A stretch of DNA of 64,000 nt from Synechococcus sp. (GCA_047285305.1 JBJBDL010000003.1:1408001-1472000), one strand, 5' to 3'; counted from the first letter of the stretch, positions 31,214-42,291 are shown. Translations and numbers: made by a program. The notes: generated by a model from the sequence alone, not told the origin.

Positions 31214-32596
31214 TCAGGAGACGCCGGCCTTTTCCTTCGACTCGGAACCTTTGGAGTTCCCCTCCTTGGATTCGCCAGCCTGAGCCTTGATCTGCTGGGC
31301 CGCTTCCTCCGCCAGGAAATCTCCGTCGGAACGGCCAACGGCCGAAGGAACAGGGTTGTAATCGGATGGAGCCAGGGCCTCACCCCGGATCAGGCTGCCC
31401 AGGGTGCGGAGGGTGAGCTTGATCTGCTGCCAGGGGTTCATCATCACCACCCGTTTGTACAGGTAGCTGTCGAAGGTCAGCTTCTGCACGTCTTTGTCGT
31501 CGCACATCTCGACGAAGGCTTCCCGGGCAGCGTCGTTGCGATAAAAGATTCGCTGCAGGATGTCCAGCACCGCATAGGTGGCACCGTATTTGCGGTCCCA
31601 GCGCTTGAGGTAGGTCGACTTGATCTGCTTTTCAGTGGGAATGGAGGCACCGTTGTTGGAGATTTCCACAATCGCTTCGGCACACATCCGGCCGCTCTTG
31701 GCAGCGAAATAAATGCCTTCCCCGGAACTCTTGGTGACGTAGCCCGCTGCATCGCCCACCAAGGCCATACGGCCTACAACCCGACGCGGACGGGGGTGCT
31801 CAGGAATCGGATGGGCTTCCACCTTGATCACTTCGCCCTGGAACAGGCGCTTGTTGGCCCGCTCACGAATGCCCCTTTGCAGACCCTTGATCAGGCTCTG
31901 GTTCTGCTGCATGGTTCCCGTTCCCACGGCTACGTGGTCGTATTTGGGGAACACCCATGCATAGAAGTCGGGAGAGACGTCTGTTCCGACGTACATCTCA
32001 GCCAGATCCTCGTAATAGGTCATCTCCTCAGAAGGAAGCTTGATCCGTTCCTGGAAGGCGATTGCCACGTTGTAGTCACCGGCATCCATGGCTTTCGCCA
32101 CCCGGGAGTTGGCGCCATCGGCACCGATGATCAGATCCACGGCAAGGGTCTTCTGCTCACCGGTGGGGCCACCACCGCTGTAGTCGGCGTAATGAATGGT
32201 GTAAGGGCCCTGACGGTCTGTACCGGTGTCGATCTTTTGCACCAGGCCATTGATCAGGGTTGTGCCCAGATCGGCGGCCCTATTGCGGAGGAAGGCATCG
32301 AACACCTCGCGACGGCACATGCCGATGTAAGCGTTTTCGTCGTAACCGAGGGGGTCAAGCTTGATATCCACCTCCCGGTTGGAGGGAGAAATCATCTTCA
32401 TGTTGCGGACCTTGCGGTCGATGATTTCGTCGGGCAGGTCGAACTCTTCGACCATGCAGAGCGGAATGGCTCCACCACAGGGTTTGGCGTTATCGAGTTT
32501 GCGCTCGAACAGCCAAGTTTCAATTCCCGCCTTGGCCAGAATTTCGGCAGCACAGGAGCCACTGGGGCCACCGCCGATCACCGCAACTCGCAACAT
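31214..32596 (-). CDS. chlP: Geranylgeranyl reductase
   Basis: GGGPSG, AKPCGGAIPLCM, GDAAGYVTKSSGEGIYFA. Confidence 0.97.
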   Translation of the reverse strand: MLRVAVIGGGPSGSCAAEILAKAGIETWLFERKLDNAKPCGGAIPLCMVEEFDLPDEIIDRKVRNMKMISPSNREVDIKLDPLGYDENAYIGMCRREVFDAFLRNRAADLGTTLINGLVQKIDTGTDRQGPYTIHYADYSGGGPTGEQKTLAVDLIIGADGANSRVAKAMDAGDYNVAIAFQERIKLPSEEMTYYEDLAEMYVGTDVSPDFYAWVFPKYDHVAVGTGTMQQNQSLIKGLQRGIRERANKRLFQGEVIKVEAHPIPEHPRPRRVVGRMALVGDAAGYVTKSSGEGIYFAAKSGRMCAEAIVEISNNGASIPTEKQIKSTYLKRWDRKYGATYAVLDILQRIFYRNDAAREAFVEMCDDKDVQKLTFDSYLYKRVVMMNPWQQIKLTLRTLGSLIRGEALAPSDYNPVPSAVGRSDGDFLAEEAAQQIKAQAGESKEGNSKGSESKEKAGVS

Positions 32597-32704
32597 CTCA
32601 GCCCGTCTCCGCTGGATTGTTTTGTGAAGCTATCACTGTCACAACAACCATTGTGGGTTGAGCTGGCTGCTGCCTTTACGATCGAAACAACACGCATCAG
32701 CGCC

Positions 32705-33457
32705 TTGGCTCGGGCCTCCTCTGCGCGACGCATCGAGCGGGAGGACATTCCGGTCGCTCGAAGAACACGGCAGCCGCGTCAACGCAAGGGAAATGGCGCA
32801 GCTGGATTGCTGTTTGGGCTCGTTCTCGTCTGTGCCGGAAGCCTCGCTGCGGTGATGCTGGTTCCCACGCTGCTGTCACGGCGCCAGCCCACGCAGAGCC
32901 TTGAGATTTCAGGCTTTCGCGAACGTCCCGACGCCGATGGTCGTCTCCTGGGTCACTTTCCCTACGGAGAGGCCGACGCTGATCAACTCATTGTTTTTGA
33001 ACCGGGGATTGAGCTGAATGTGAAAGCCGCAGAGGCCCTCGACACGATGATGCGTTCCGCTTTGGCTGACGGGATTGATCTGCGTCTGCTCAGTGGATTC
33101 CGCTCACTGGCCCTCCAGGAATCGATCTTCTTTGATGTGGCCTCCGAACGGAACCAGACCGCCGAAGAGCGAGCCCAGGTGTCAGCTCCACCGGGCTACT
33201 CCGAGCACAGCACTGGTTACGCCGTTGATCTCGGCGATGGCCGTTTTCCTGAGACCAACCTCTCCCAAAGCTTTCAAGACACCGCGGCCTATAGCTGGTT
33301 GCAGAACCATGCGGCGAGATATCACTTCGTTTTGTCTTTCCCTGAGGGCAACAAACAGGGTGTGATGTACGAACCCTGGCATTGGCGCTACGAGGGCAAT
33401 GCGGATGCACTGCGTTTGTTTGAGCCGGCCAGTCGGTTCTCCAGGCGTGACCCTTGA
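32705..33457 (+). CDS. D-alanyl-D-alanine carboxypeptidase (M15B, VanY-like)
   Basis: SGFRS, SAPPGYSEHSTGYAVD, YEPWHWRY; start inferred. Confidence 0.88.
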   Translation: MARASSARRIEREDIPVARRTRQPRQRKGNGAAGLLFGLVLVCAGSLAAVMLVPTLLSRRQPTQSLEISGFRERPDADGRLLGHFPYGEADADQLIVFEPGIELNVKAAEALDTMMRSALADGIDLRLLSGFRSLALQESIFFDVASERNQTAEERAQVSAPPGYSEHSTGYAVDLGDGRFPETNLSQSFQDTAAYSWLQNHAARYHFVLSFPEGNKQGVMYEPWHWRYEGNADALRLFEPASRFSRRDP

Positions 33458-35985
33458 CCGTTCCCGAACTGCTCTCACCTGCTGGCGACTGGGCTGCGAT
33501 GCAGGCGGCCGCTGCCTCCGGTGCCGATGCGGTGTATTTCGGCGTTAATGCCTTCAACGCCCGCCAGCGGGCTGAGAATTTCCGACTGCAAGACCTTCCT
33601 GAGGTGATGCAGTGGCTGCATCAGCGGGGTGTGAAGGGATTCCTCACCTTCAACGTGTTGGTGTTCAGCGATGAATTGGAGGCAGCGGCTCAGTTGCTGA
33701 TCGCTGCAGATCGTGCCGGCGTGGATGCAGTAATCGTCCAGGACGTGGGGCTCTGTCGCTTGGCCCAGCGGCTGGTGCCGAACCTCTGTGTGCACGGCTC
33801 AACCCAGATGTCGATCACCAGCGCCGCGGGGATTGCCCAGGCTGCCGCGCTCGGTTGCCAGCGGGTGGTGCTGGCCCGTGAGCTGGCCCTGCGTGATCTC
33901 GAGCGCCTGCAGACACAACTGATTCAGCGGAACCTTGCGATGCCGTTGGAGGTGTTTGTGCACGGCGCTCTTTGCGTCGCCTATTCCGGTCAATGTCTGA
34001 CCAGTGAATCCCTCGGGCAGCGCAGTGCCAATCGAGGTGAGTGTGCCCAGGCTTGTCGCCTGCCCTACGAAATGGTGGTGGATGGTCAACCCCACCCCCT
34101 TGAAGACCAGCGTTACCTCCTCTCGCCTCAGGATCTGGCGGCCTGGGAGCTACTGCCGGAGTTGCAGCGCATCGGCGTGGCCAGCCTCAAGATCGAAGGG
34201 CGTCTTAAGGACGCTGCCTACGTGGCTGCCGTCACCGATGCCTATCGCCAGCGCCTGGATCAAACCCCCGCTTCGGCGCCGCAGGTGCAACGCCAGCTTG
34301 AACTGGCATTTTCCCGAGGCCTTTCCACCGGTTGGCTTGAAGGGGTGAACCATCGCCGTCTGGTGCATGGCCGCTGGAGCAAGAAGAGGGGCCCGCTGCT
34401 GGGACAGTTGTTGCGTGTGGAACGGTTTGGTTGGTTGCATCTGCGCAGCCGTGAACAGCTGCATCCCGGGCAGGGCCTTGTGCTGGAACAACTGTCGTCC
34501 GACCCTCTGCAGCCGCCTCGGGAGATCGGTGGCCGGATCATGGTTTGTGAGCGGATGGGCGACGAACGCTGGAAGCTGCGCCTGGGGCCCGATCGTGTGG
34601 ATGGCTCGGGCTTGAGACCTGGCGCCTCGGTCTGGCTCACCAGTGACCCCGATTGGCAGTCCCGTTGGCAGCGTGTCGCCCGTCGCACAGTGGAGGCTCG
34701 GTCCCGGGATCTGGCGCTGCGGGTGTCCGGTCGGCTGGATGCAGCGCTGGAGTTGCACGTGATAAAGCCCCAGGGATTTGAGCTGAAGCTCTGCAGCACC
34801 ATGCCGCTGCAGAGCGCTTTGCAGCGCCCCCTGGACCGGGAACGGCTTGAGCAGCAATTGGGACGCCTGGGGGGCAGCGGTTGGTCGCTTCAGCATCTGG
34901 AGATCGAACTGGAGGGCGATCTTTTTTTGCCCGTAGCTGAACTGAACCGCATGCGTAGGGCCCTGCTGGAGCAGTTGGAGGTTTTAGGTGATGACAGCAC
35001 CGATTCAGGCCTTATTCCTGCAGCAACCAAAACGCCAGACCCAACAGCGCTGCTGGCTCAGATGTGCCCACCAGCTATTGCTCCCCTCAGCGCGACCAAG
35101 CCAGGCTTGGTGGTGCTGGTACGCAGCCTGGAGCAGCTGCAGGCCTTAGTGGATCTCTCCGGCACAGAGTTGCCGATTCGCTCTGTAGTGGCGGATCTTG
35201 AGCAGCCTCGGGAGTTGCGGGAAGCGGTGGCGATCGGTCGAGGCTGCTGGCCGGAGGGTGTATGGCTGGCCGGGGCACGGGTCACACGGCCTGATGAACG
35301 CTGGTCGCTTGAGCCACTGATTCGGGCCCGCCCTGACGGTTTCCTGGTGCGAAATGCCGATCAGCTGGAGGTGCTGACGCCGCTGGCCCCCTGCATTGGC
35401 GACTTTTCCCTCAACACCGCCAACCCTCTGAGTTTCCACTGGTATCGCGACCATTGGACGCTGCAGCGACTCACGGCCAGTTACGACCTCAACCTTCAGC
35501 AACTGCTGGATCTGGCCACCGCCATTGATCCAGCGTTGTTGGAGGTCACCTTGCATCAGCACATGCCGTTGTTCCACATGGAGCATTGCCTGTTCTGTGC
35601 ATTCCTCTCGGACGGCAAGGATCACACCGATTGCGGTCGTCCCTGTGAGAAGCACCACGTAACCCTGCGGGATCGCAGCGGCGTTGAACATCCCCTACGG
35701 GCTGATCTGGGTTGTCGCAACACCCTTTTCAATGGCACGGCGCAATCGGGCGTCGAGGCGCTTCCGTCGCTGCTGCGGGCAGGCGTGCGCAGGATCCGGC
35801 TCGAACTTCTCGATGAGGATGCCGCTGCGACGCGCCGGCGCGTCAGCCTTTACGCCGAGGCTCTGGCGGGTCGGATGGCCACCCAGGAGGTCTGGTCCCA
35901 GGAGCAGATCCACCACCAGCTGGGAGTCACCCGAGGCAGCCTGCGCAGCAAGGGTCCGGAGCGCACCAGTCGATTCTCACGTTGA
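33454..35985 (+). CDS. Peptidase U32 family (RlhA-like RNA hydroxylation protein with DUF3656 region)
   Basis: PELLSPAG, HGALCVAYSGQC, ANRGECAQACR, KIEGR. Confidence 0.88.
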   Translation: MTVPELLSPAGDWAAMQAAAASGADAVYFGVNAFNARQRAENFRLQDLPEVMQWLHQRGVKGFLTFNVLVFSDELEAAAQLLIAADRAGVDAVIVQDVGLCRLAQRLVPNLCVHGSTQMSITSAAGIAQAAALGCQRVVLARELALRDLERLQTQLIQRNLAMPLEVFVHGALCVAYSGQCLTSESLGQRSANRGECAQACRLPYEMVVDGQPHPLEDQRYLLSPQDLAAWELLPELQRIGVASLKIEGRLKDAAYVAAVTDAYRQRLDQTPASAPQVQRQLELAFSRGLSTGWLEGVNHRRLVHGRWSKKRGPLLGQLLRVERFGWLHLRSREQLHPGQGLVLEQLSSDPLQPPREIGGRIMVCERMGDERWKLRLGPDRVDGSGLRPGASVWLTSDPDWQSRWQRVARRTVEARSRDLALRVSGRLDAALELHVIKPQGFELKLCSTMPLQSALQRPLDRERLEQQLGRLGGSGWSLQHLEIELEGDLFLPVAELNRMRRALLEQLEVLGDDSTDSGLIPAATKTPDPTALLAQMCPPAIAPLSATKPGLVVLVRSLEQLQALVDLSGTELPIRSVVADLEQPRELREAVAIGRGCWPEGVWLAGARVTRPDERWSLEPLIRARPDGFLVRNADQLEVLTPLAPCIGDFSLNTANPLSFHWYRDHWTLQRLTASYDLNLQQLLDLATAIDPALLEVTLHQHMPLFHMEHCLFCAFLSDGKDHTDCGRPCEKHHVTLRDRSGVEHPLRADLGCRNTLFNGTAQSGVEALPSLLRAGVRRIRLELLDEDAAATRRRVSLYAEALAGRMATQEVWSQEQIHHQLGVTRGSLRSKGPERTSRFSR

Positions 35986-36042
35986 GATAACCTGTCGCAC
36001 TGCGCCTTTGGCGTTCTTCACAAATACTTACGGTCAGCCCGC

Positions 36043-37851
36043 ATGAGCGCCAACAACAAGGCGATCCGCAACATCGCGATCATCGCCCACGTTGATCACG
36101 GCAAGACGACTCTGGTCGATTCGCTGTTGGCGCAGTCAGGAATTTTCCGCGACAATGAGGCCGTCCCCACCTGTGTGATGGACTCCAACGACCTGGAGCG
36201 TGAGCGGGGCATCACGATCCTGTCGAAAAACACGGCGGTCACCTACAACGAAACCCGGATCAACATCGTTGACACCCCTGGTCACGCCGATTTCGGTGGA
36301 GAAGTGGAGCGGGTGCTGGGCATGGTTGACGGTTGCCTGCTGATCGTGGATGCCAATGAGGGGCCGATGCCCCAGACACGGTTTGTTCTGAAGAAGGCTC
36401 TCGAGCAGGGCCTGCGTCCGATCGTGTTCGTCAACAAGATCGACCGGGCCCGGGTGGATCCCGAGACCGCCGTCGACAAGGTGCTCGATCTGTTCATCGA
36501 ACTCGGCGCTGACGATGATCAGTGCGATTTCCCCTACCTGTTCGGCAGCGGTCTTGGTGGCTTCGCCAAGCCCGACATGAAGACCGACAGCGACAACATG
36601 CGTCCGCTGTTCGATGCCATCCTGCGTCACGTTCCGCCTCCGGTTGGTGATCCGGAGAAGCCCCTCCAGCTGCAAATCACCACCCTTGACTATTCCGACT
36701 TCCTTGGCCGGATCATCATTGGCCGCGTTCACAACGGAAAAATCAAACAAGGTCAGAACGCTGCACTGATCAAGGATGACGGCAGCATCAAGAAGGGCCG
36801 CATCAGCAAGCTGCTGGGCTTCGAAGGTCTGCAGCGCGTCGAGATCGAAGAGGCTTCTGCCGGTGATCTGGTGGCTGTGGCTGGCTTTGACGACGTCAAC
36901 ATCGGCGAAACCATCGCCTGCCCCGATGAGCCCACCGCTCTGCCGCTGATCAAGGTTGATGAGCCCACCCTGCAGATGACCTTTGTCGTCAACGATTCAC
37001 CCTTCGCTGGCAAGGAAGGCAAGTTCGTCACCAGTCGTCAGGTGCGTGACCGCTTGCAGCGTGAGTTGCTCACCAACGTTGCCCTGCGTGTGGAAGACAC
37101 CGATTCACCGGACCGTTTTGCGGTGAGTGGACGCGGTGAGCTGCACCTCGGCATCCTGATCGAGACCATGCGCCGTGAGGGCTATGAGTTCCAGGTGTCC
37201 CAGCCGCAGGTGATCTACCGCACTATCGATGGCACCCCCTGTGAGCCGGTGGAAACCCTGGTGATGGATGTGCCTGAACCAGCGGTGGGCAGCTGCATCG
37301 AAAAACTGGGCACCCGCAAGGGCGAGATGCAGAACATGGAAACCAGCGCTGATGGCCGCACCCAGCTGGAGTTCATCGTTCCCTCTCGCGGTCTGATTGG
37401 TTTCCGCGGTGAATTCATCCGCGCCACCCGCGGCGAAGGAATCATGAGCCATTCGTTCTATGAATACCGGCCGATGATGGGTGAATTCGATACCCGCCGG
37501 AACGGTGTGCTGATCGCCTTCGAAGAGGGAACAGCAACGTTCTATGCCCTCAAGAACGCCGAGGATCGCGGCCAGTTCTTCATCAGCCCGGGCACCAAGG
37601 TCTACAAGGGAATGATCATCGGGGAATACAACCGGCCTCAGGACCTGGAGATCAATGTCTGCAAGACCAAGCAGCTCACCAACATGCGTTCCGCGGGCGC
37701 TGAGGAATTGGACACGCTGCAGGCACCGGTCCAGATGACGCTGGAGCGCGCGCTGGAATACATCGGTCCCGATGAGATGCTCGAAGTCACGCCCGAGTCG
37801 ATCCGTCTGCGCAAACTTCCCGGCAAGAAGCCGGCCAAGTCCAAGCGCTGA
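36043..37851 (+). CDS. typA: Translational GTPase TypA/BipA
   Basis: [36 protein letters not shown]. Confidence 0.97.
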   Translation: MSANNKAIRNIAIIAHVDHGKTTLVDSLLAQSGIFRDNEAVPTCVMDSNDLERERGITILSKNTAVTYNETRINIVDTPGHADFGGEVERVLGMVDGCLLIVDANEGPMPQTRFVLKKALEQGLRPIVFVNKIDRARVDPETAVDKVLDLFIELGADDDQCDFPYLFGSGLGGFAKPDMKTDSDNMRPLFDAILRHVPPPVGDPEKPLQLQITTLDYSDFLGRIIIGRVHNGKIKQGQNAALIKDDGSIKKGRISKLLGFEGLQRVEIEEASAGDLVAVAGFDDVNIGETIACPDEPTALPLIKVDEPTLQMTFVVNDSPFAGKEGKFVTSRQVRDRLQRELLTNVALRVEDTDSPDRFAVSGRGELHLGILIETMRREGYEFQVSQPQVIYRTIDGTPCEPVETLVMDVPEPAVGSCIEKLGTRKGEMQNMETSADGRTQLEFIVPSRGLIGFRGEFIRATRGEGIMSHSFYEYRPMMGEFDTRRNGVLIAFEEGTATFYALKNAEDRGQFFISPGTKVYKGMIIGEYNRPQDLEINVCKTKQLTNMRSAGAEELDTLQAPVQMTLERALEYIGPDEMLEVTPESIRLRKLPGKKPAKSKR

Positions 37852-38207
37852 TGCCTCAGGCGGACCCTCGCTTTCAGCAGTGTGTGGAGCTCTTCAATGC
37901 GGGTGAGTGGTACGCCGCTCATGATCTGTTTGAGGAGCTCTGGCATGAAACAGCCGATCCGGAACGGCGCAGCCTTCAGGGGATCCTGCAGGTGGCAGTA
38001 GCACAGTTGCACCTGCAACGGGGCAACCGGCGCGGAGCCACGATTCTTTTCGGTGAAGCTCTGGGTCGTCTCAAACGTCCGGGAACCCCAGATCTTGGCC
38101 TTGATCTTGCGTCTCTGTGCCGTGCTGCGCAACAGCGGCTCGAGGCGCTTCAGCAGGATGGGGATCCCGAGTCATGCACTGTCCCTGTTCTTGAGTTCAT
38201 GCGCTGA
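37851..38207 (+). CDS. DUF309 protein
   Basis: FNAGEWYAAHDLFEELW, QGILQVAVA. Confidence 0.88.
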   Translation: MPQADPRFQQCVELFNAGEWYAAHDLFEELWHETADPERRSLQGILQVAVAQLHLQRGNRRGATILFGEALGRLKRPGTPDLGLDLASLCRAAQQRLEALQQDGDPESCTVPVLEFMR

Positions 38208-38257
38208 AGCGCCGGTAATCTCGACGAACTTGGACAGGTGGTGTGGCAGTGAAAGCA

Positions 38258-38695
38258 ATGCTCCGTTTCCGGGGGCTTCTTTTAGCTCTGCCCCTTCTGA
38301 CCGTCCTGTCCCCCCTGGTTTCGGCCCAGGCTCAGCAAACAGCTGACGCAGGCGTCATCACCATTGAGTCCGACCTGCAATCGGCCGACAACGGCACGGG
38401 AGTAATTACCGCTAGTGGCAATGTCCGCTTTGTGCATGCCGGTCGTGGTTTGGTGGCCACCAGCCGACAGGCCCAGTACTTCACGGAGGAAGACCGGATT
38501 GTGCTGAGTGGTGATGTGGATGTGATCCAGGCTGATGGCAACCAGCTCCGCGCTGATCGCCTCACTTATCTGCTGGACGAAGGTCGCGTGATTGCCAGTC
38601 CCGTTCCGGGCCAGCAGGTGTTCAGTCAGTGGTCGCTTACTCCCAGCCAACCCGTGCTCGACGTTCAGGCCGAGACAAACCCGGTGACTCCATGA
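38258..38695 (+). CDS. lptA: LptA/OstA family protein
   Basis: Signal peptide, ITASGNV, IVLSGDV; first gene of the lpt cluster. Confidence 0.82.
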   Translation: MLRFRGLLLALPLLTVLSPLVSAQAQQTADAGVITIESDLQSADNGTGVITASGNVRFVHAGRGLVATSRQAQYFTEEDRIVLSGDVDVIQADGNQLRADRLTYLLDEGRVIASPVPGQQVFSQWSLTPSQPVLDVQAETNPVTP

Positions 38696-39420
38696 CCCTC
38701 GAACTGTCGAATGTCTCCATCACCCTTGGGGGCCGCCAGTTGGTGAAGGGTTTGGATCTGAACCTTGCCCCCGGCGAGGTGGTCGGCCTGCTGGGTCCTA
38801 ATGGAGCTGGAAAAACCACCACCTTCAACCTGGTGATCGGTTTGCTCTCCCCTGATCAGGGCGAGGTGACCGTGAACGGTGAGCGGGTCACCCATCTGCC
38901 CATGCCGGAGCGAGCCCGGCTTGGTGTGGGTTACTTGCCCCAGGAAGCGAGTGTGTTTCGCAATCTCACGGTGCGTGAGAACCTGGATATCGCCCTTGAA
39001 CAGACCGATCTCAGTTCCAAACAGCGACGGGATCGGCGCCAGCAGCTGATTGAGGACTTTCACCTCTGCGCGTTCATCAACCGTCTTGGCTTCCAGCTCT
39101 CCGGGGGAGAACGTCGCCGTTGTGAAGTGGCCAGGGCGCTGGCATCGGGTGCCAACGGACCGACGTATCTGCTTTTGGATGAACCCTTTGCCGGCGTAGA
39201 CCCTCTTGCAGTAGCGGATCTGCAGCAGCTGATCAAGGAGTTGCGCTCCCGGGGCATGGGGATTCTGATCACCGATCACAACGTGCGCGAAACCCTGGCC
39301 ACCACCGATCGGGCTTACATCCTCAACGATGGTGCGGTCTTGGCTGCAGGACGTTCCGATGAGGTGGCAGCTGATCCACAAGTGCGTCGTTATTACCTCG
39401 GGGAGGGATTCCAACTGTGA
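38692..39420 (+). CDS. lptB: LPS export ABC ATPase
   Basis: GPNGAGKTT, GYLPQEAS, LSGGERRR, DEPFAGVDP, TDHNVRETL. Confidence 0.95.
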   Translation: MTLELSNVSITLGGRQLVKGLDLNLAPGEVVGLLGPNGAGKTTTFNLVIGLLSPDQGEVTVNGERVTHLPMPERARLGVGYLPQEASVFRNLTVRENLDIALEQTDLSSKQRRDRRQQLIEDFHLCAFINRLGFQLSGGERRRCEVARALASGANGPTYLLLDEPFAGVDPLAVADLQQLIKELRSRGMGILITDHNVRETLATTDRAYILNDGAVLAAGRSDEVAADPQVRRYYLGEGFQL

Positions 39421-40580
39421 TTTTGGATCGTCTCAAACGGGCCACCTGGATGCGCCTTGATCTTCTGGATCGTTGGTTGCTCAAGGAGCTTATTGGCCCG
39501 CTTCTGTTCTTTATTGCCCTGTTCACCCTGTTGCTGCTTACGGGTGGCGTGATGTTTGAACTGGTGCGGCAGATGGTCGATAAGAACCTGCCGATCATGA
39601 TCGCGGCTCAGGTGTTGTTTTTGAGCATCCCGCGTTGGTTGGCTTTCTCTGTTCCGATTGGAACGCTGATGGCATCTTTGTTCGTGTTCACCCGCCTGTC
39701 CGCAAACAACGAACTCACTGCCCTGCGTAGCCTCGGCATCACCACAAAGCGGATGATCAGTGCTGCCATCGCCCTCTCGATGGCGATGACTCTGTTCAGC
39801 TTCGTCTTGAACGATGTGGTCGTGCCCCGCAGCGAGCGTTATGCAGAAGTCAACTTGAAGCGCGGTTTGGGCCAAGCTATAGCAAATAAAACAGGAGAAG
39901 ACATTATTTACCCTCGATTTGGTAGGCGTACTGGAATAGATGGAAAGTCGGCAGACAGAGGCTTATTACAACTGTTTTATTCAAGGAAATTTCAAGATGG
40001 TGAAATGAAAGATGTAACGGTGCTGGACTTCTCTAGATCCGGCATTACTCAGTTATTGCGAGCTGATCGGGCCGTCTGGAATGAGGATCAGGCTGGTTGG
40101 GATTTCCTGAATGGACACATACTCACTTTGATCGCTAATGGAAGCTCTACCAAGGCAGATTTCGAACGTTATCTGTACCCTCTTGACTCAGCTCCTCAGC
40201 GAATGGCAGGAATTGAAGAAGATGCGGTCAACATGACTGTTGCTGAAGCATTGCAGGCTCAGAGGTTGTACGAAGAGTCCGGAAGCATCAAGGAAGCCCG
40301 TAAAATTCGTGTGCGGATCCAGGAAAAGTTCACGGTTCCGATGGCCTGTCTGGTGTTTGGTCTGTTTGGAGCCACCCTCGGTGCTCAGCCCACTTACCGC
40401 ACCAGCCGAAGCTTCTCGTTTGTGCTCACTCTTGGGATCATCGCCGTTTATTACGTTATTGGTTTCAGCTTCAGTTCCCTGGGGGTGAAGGGAACCCTGT
40501 CACCGATTTTGGCGGCCTGGCTGCCCGTGATGTTGTTTCTCGGGGCGGGTGGTCTGTTGCTGAAACAGGCCAGTCGCTGA
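39417..40580 (+). CDS. LptF/LptG family permease
   Basis: [30 protein letters not shown]. Confidence 0.92.
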   Translation: MILDRLKRATWMRLDLLDRWLLKELIGPLLFFIALFTLLLLTGGVMFELVRQMVDKNLPIMIAAQVLFLSIPRWLAFSVPIGTLMASLFVFTRLSANNELTALRSLGITTKRMISAAIALSMAMTLFSFVLNDVVVPRSERYAEVNLKRGLGQAIANKTGEDIIYPRFGRRTGIDGKSADRGLLQLFYSRKFQDGEMKDVTVLDFSRSGITQLLRADRAVWNEDQAGWDFLNGHILTLIANGSSTKADFERYLYPLDSAPQRMAGIEEDAVNMTVAEALQAQRLYEESGSIKEARKIRVRIQEKFTVPMACLVFGLFGATLGAQPTYRTSRSFSFVLTLGIIAVYYVIGFSFSSLGVKGTLSPILAAWLPVMLFLGAGGLLLKQASR

Positions 40581-40600
40581 TTGGCCGAGGCAGAATCTCC

Positions 40601-41533
40601 GTGTTTTCGGGGAATGGTGTGCTGAACACGCCTTTTGAGTTGGTCACCAGCCTCGGCTTCGCAGGCTTTGTGTTGCTGCTGGTGGCCATGCCTCTGGCTT
40701 TCTGGGCGGTGTCCAGCCAGTCCCGTGCTGGTTTGGTTCGGCTGCTGGTGGCCGTCGCCAACCTTCTGTTCACAGCTCAGCTGATTCTGCGCTGGTGGCA
40801 GTCCGGTCACTTCCCGATCAGCAACCTCTACGAATCCCTGTGCTTCCTGGCCTGGGCTTGCACGCTCACCCAGTTGCTGGTGGAACGGGCCTGGCCTTCT
40901 CCCATCGTCGCGGCAGCGGCCACTCCCATGGGTCTCGGTTGTATCGCTTTTGCCAGCTTTGCCTTGCCCGATCAATTGCAGTCAGCAGCTCCTTTGGTCC
41001 CTGCCCTGCGCTCCAGCTGGTTGGTCATGCATGTGAGCGTGATCATGGTGAGTTATGCCGCTCTGCTGGTGGGATCCTTGCTCTCACTGGCGGTGTTAGT
41101 CACGGATCGCGACCAATCCCTGGAACTGCGGAGCAGTTCCATTGGCAGTGGTGGATTTCGTAAGGCGGCCTCGATCGCGAACTCTGGTTCTGTTCAGCTG
41201 CAATCGGTTCAGCTGAGGACCAATGAACAACTCGATAGCCTTAGTTATCGCACGATCACGGTTGGGTTCTTGATGCTCACGGTGGGCATCGTGAGTGGTG
41301 CGGTTTGGGCCAACGAAGCCTGGGGCAGCTACTGGAGCTGGGATCCCAAGGAAACTTGGGCATTAATTTGCTGGTTGGTGTACGCCGCTTATCTGCACAC
41401 CCGCCTCAGTCGCGGTTGGCAGGGCCGACGCCCAGCTCTTGTTGCTGTGATTGGCCTCGTGGTGATCGCTGTTTGCTACATCGGGGTGAATTTGCTGGGC
41501 ATTGGTTTGCACAGCTACGGCTGGTTTTTCTGA
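40601..41533 (+). CDS. ccsA: Cytochrome c biogenesis protein CcsA/CcsB
   Basis: [43 protein letters not shown]. Confidence 0.95.
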   Translation: MFSGNGVLNTPFELVTSLGFAGFVLLLVAMPLAFWAVSSQSRAGLVRLLVAVANLLFTAQLILRWWQSGHFPISNLYESLCFLAWACTLTQLLVERAWPSPIVAAAATPMGLGCIAFASFALPDQLQSAAPLVPALRSSWLVMHVSVIMVSYAALLVGSLLSLAVLVTDRDQSLELRSSSIGSGGFRKAASIANSGSVQLQSVQLRTNEQLDSLSYRTITVGFLMLTVGIVSGAVWANEAWGSYWSWDPKETWALICWLVYAAYLHTRLSRGWQGRRPALVAVIGLVVIAVCYIGVNLLGIGLHSYGWFF

Positions 41534-41754
41534 ATTCCAGTGAACAACGAGGCATGCTCTCTAGCCACAATTTTCACCCTCGGATGAGAGATTGATCCTT
41601 TGGCCTAGATTCCACATTCCAGGGATGTTTTGCCAGGGTTCAGTCTGTCAAGACGGCCCACCATCAGTGGAAGAGATTCTTGAGCTGCATGCCTGCAGCT
41701 GCGGATGGAAAACGTGGTGGAGATGTGGGTCTGGCAGCGCAAGCAGTTACCGAT

Positions 41755-41824
41755 TGGGGATCGAGGCCTAACGGACTCTCCCCACCACTGAGGGGGGATC
41801 GAGGTTCACTTGGACTTTCCCCCC
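41755..41824 (+). repeat. Tandem pair of near-identical hairpins GGGGATCGAGG-N6/7-GGACTYTCCCC
   Basis: Copies at 41755-41784 and 41792-41824, each closed by a G-run/C-run stem. Confidence 0.8.
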
Positions 41825-41916
41825 ATACCAATCAACCCTTGGTTGTGATCACATCCTTAGCTCGCCCGAAAGTAACGAAAAAATCAGTTCCTGCGGGGAC
41901 ATTTGTCTCACTGAGA

Positions 41917-42087
41917 TCAGCGATGCCGGATCGTTGGTTGGTAGGTTTCGCTCTCTTCTGCTTCCGAGCGCAGATAACGCTTCCGCTGCGCCGATTCCAA
42001 GCCAGACAGCAAGACATCACTTGAGGGTGCGATCCGCTGAGGCCGATTTAGCCCCCGAATCAGTGGATGGATGCCTCGTTTGCTCAT
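41917..42087 (-). CDS. 56-aa hypothetical small protein
   Basis: MSKRGIHPLIRGLNRPQRIAPSSDVLLSGLESAQRKRYL...; GGGAG RBS-like sequence just before the ATG. Confidence 0.6.
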   Translation of the reverse strand: MSKRGIHPLIRGLNRPQRIAPSSDVLLSGLESAQRKRYLRSEAEESETYQPTIRHR

Positions 42088-42257
42088 GCTGTTCTCCCGG
42101 TTATGCGTGAATCTCGTTTCGTGACCTGTGGCCAATCGTGTGCTCGAATAATTCCATGATCACCAATCTTGTTTTGTGATCCACGTCACTGATTAGCGTG
42201 ATGCTCTGCCCTTCTACCCCATAGTTGGCTTCTCAGGACATGCACAAGCCAACGTGC

Positions 42258-42291
42258 AAAAAGGAAGGCCACCCCTGCATAGGGATGGCCT
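42258..42291 (-). terminator. Probable intrinsic terminator
   Basis: AGGCCACCCCT-GCAT-AGGGATGGCCT stem preceded by AAAAA. Confidence 0.6.

Noticed and set aside
31103..33457. 784-aa + strand ORF
   Set aside because: The first ~530 codons are mostly the antisense shadow of chlP; only the VanY-like part from about 32705 looks like a real protein.
41755..41824. Twin hairpins as a guanidine-II riboswitch, mini-CRISPR or terminators
   Set aside because: No ACGR tetraloops, only two units 7 nt apart, and no U tracts.
41680..42024. 114-aa + strand ORF
   Set aside because: No RBS or motif; it runs through the twin hairpins and antisense to a better-supported small ORF.
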